Assembly: GCA_944389345.1 (NCBI GenBank)
Contig: CALXMA010000002.1
Span: 75,406 to 139,405 of the forward strand
DNA from: an uncultured Alphaproteobacteria bacterium
GTDB taxonomy: Bacteria > Pseudomonadota > Alphaproteobacteria > Rs-D84
DNA: 64,000 nucleotides
Reading direction: 5' to 3'
Part shown: piece by piece, positions 62,873 to 64,000 of the stretch
Layout: the number at the start of each line of letters is the position of its first letter
Position numbering within the stretch: the first letter of the stretch is position 1
Translations under genes and position numbers: made by a program
The notes under the pieces: model-generated
What the model was told of the DNA's origin: nothing
Databases searched by the model: none
Seen by the model: only the letters and a program-made list of their open reading frames with translations

Positions 62873-64000
62873 TCAATGGAAAATATAGCAATCAATTCCC
62901 GCGTTCTGGGCACGGGCACGAATGTCCGACGCCACAGATTCAGACAAATTATTTGCACGAACACGGAACATCCCATTCGGCGCAGATTCTATGACCGCGG
63001 ATACACCGATTTTATTTTTTACATTATTAACCTGGTCTTGGGCCGAAGAACGTGATGAAAACGCCCCAAACTGGACCCCTGCATTACCAGACGCATTGCC
63101 AGAATAACTGGGGGTGGTGGTTGCGGGCGCATGCTGGGCCGTGGCAACCGCGTATGCGCCATTGAACGTCGGTGTGGCAGAATATGTCGGTGTCGGCGCA
63201 GGTGCGGTATATGTTGGCGCGGGGGGCGGCACAGGCGCTGTATACGTCGATGTTGGTGCGGGCGCCGTATACGTCTGGGGCGCGGGACCACCATCATTCA
63301 ACATTTCAAAACCACGATTTAACATATTTGTTGCGACATTCGCGCGGACATCTTTGTTTCCCGCACCCAACACAACCGCAATCAAGTGATGATTATTTCT
63401 GTTGGCCGTTGCCACCAAAGAATAGCGAGACTTATTCGTGTATCCCGTTTTCATACCATCGCACCCCGGATACGTTCCCAACAATCGATTACCGTTTGTG
63501 TATGTTTTTCCGTTGTATGTCCAAGTCTTGATTGAAAAATATTTCCAATATTGTGGAAAATGTTTATATACCGCCATGGACAGCAACGCAATATCCCGCG
63601 CCGTCGACATATGATCATCATCGGGCAAACCAGACGAATTTTCAAAATTTGTCCCAGACAAACCAATTTCACCGGCGACGCGCGTCATCAGGTCTGCAAA
63701 ATTACCCTCCATACCGCCCTTCAAATTTTCCGCCAATACGCGTGCGACATCATTCGCGCTGAGCACTGTCAGGGCCTTTATCGCATCTTCGACCTTTATC
63801 TTACTGCCCGCGGACAGGCCCAATTTAACCGGTGATGCCGACGCCGCGGATTTAGATACGATTAAATAGTCATCCAGTTGCAGCCGCCCATGTTCCAGCG
63901 CATCAAACGTTAAATACAGCGTCATTATTTTCGTCAAAGATGCCGGATAATTTTGAACACCCGCGTTTTCTTGGTACAGAATACGGCCCGTATCCATATC
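62873..64000 (-). CDS. D-alanyl-D-alanine carboxypeptidase (S11, PBP5/6-like) with Pro/Thr repeat linker and C-terminal SPOR domain; 5' end outside window
   Basis: PASLTKIMT (SxxK), ...SGL... and KTGYT motifs. Linker TYTAPAP-type repeats (63164-63286). C-terminus GVQFGAFSSRSSAQDQV...MFRVRANNLSESVASDIRARAQNAGIDCYIF is SPOR-like. The N-terminal signal region is missing at the window edge. Confidence 0.85.
   Translation of the reverse strand, partial: DMDTGRILYQENAGVQNYPASLTKIMTLYLTFDALEHGRLQLDDYLIVSKSAASASPVKLGLSAGSKIKVEDAIKALTVLSANDVARVLAENLKGGMEGNFADLMTRVAGEIGLSGTNFENSSGLPDDDHMSTARDIALLSMAVYKHFPQYWKYFSIKTWTYNGKTYTNGNRLLGTYPGCDGMKTGYTNKSRYSLVATANRNNHHLIAVVLGAGNKDVRANVATNMLNRGFEMLNDGGPAPQTYTAPAPTSTYTAPVPPPAPTYTAPAPTPTYSATPTFNGAYAVATAQHAPATTTPSYSGNASGNAGVQFGAFSSRSSAQDQVNNVKNKIGVSAVIESAPNGMFRVRANNLSESVASDIRARAQNAGIDCYIFH

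Noticed and set aside
63019-63531. Several ORFs on both strands in the carboxypeptidase linker region
   Set aside because: They are products of the GC-rich Pro/Thr/Ala repeat. The S11-SPOR frame explains the sequence.
1-64000. Search by eye for CRISPR arrays, IS elements, integrases, reverse transcriptases, toxin-antitoxin pairs or known defence-system genes
   Set aside because: I found none. There are no spaced identical repeats, and no recombinase, RT or nuclease-NTPase signatures in any long ORF.

Overview
This 64-kb window is chromosomal DNA from a Gram-negative bacterium. Local synteny looks proteobacterial and most like a moderately AT-rich alphaproteobacterium: rpmF-plsX / fabH-ihfA, olsB-olsA, tRNA-Trp-secE-nusG-rplKAJL-rpoBC, lspA-yidC, rsmA-recR. 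The lineage is inference only. I call about 58 protein genes, 3 tRNAs (Thr-UGU, Arg-CCU, Trp-CCA), about 17 intrinsic terminators (many bidirectional) and a few promoter or regulatory regions. I saw no rRNA, CRISPR array, transposase, integrase or reverse transcriptase. The housekeeping backbone (aaRS genes, the RNA polymerase and ribosomal protein cluster, lipid, envelope and PG enzymes) is interleaved with many envelope or secreted genes. These include four stand-alone beta-barrel OMPs ending in Phe, a Pmp-repeat autotransporter, a TbpB-like lipoprotein, a PLD lipoprotein and two large Cys-rich secreted proteins. The candidates I rank highest are listed below.
1. An isolated VirB8/VirB9/VirB10-like module (51.6-56.4 kb). 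B9 carries a SPOR domain, B10 is oversized with a Cys-rich tail, and no ATPase, pilin or coupling genes lie in cis. An unusual regulatory spacer and two orphan genes follow it.
2. A ~9.5-kb cargo block starting at tRNA-Arg(CCU) that splits the conserved rpmF-plsX | fabH-ihfA cluster.
3. Inside that block, an orphan mraZ with four phased CATAAAAT boxes over its own promoter.
4. Next to it, a near-consensus promoter driving a ~190-nt leader. The leader can fold into a compact 4-way junction with mutually exclusive antiterminator and terminator helices, upstream of a tiny XRE-like gene.
5. A 60-codon ORF translationally coupled to nusG inside the otherwise invariant nusG-rplK junction.
All functional calls come from reading motifs in the supplied translations. 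No database search or folding computation was run.
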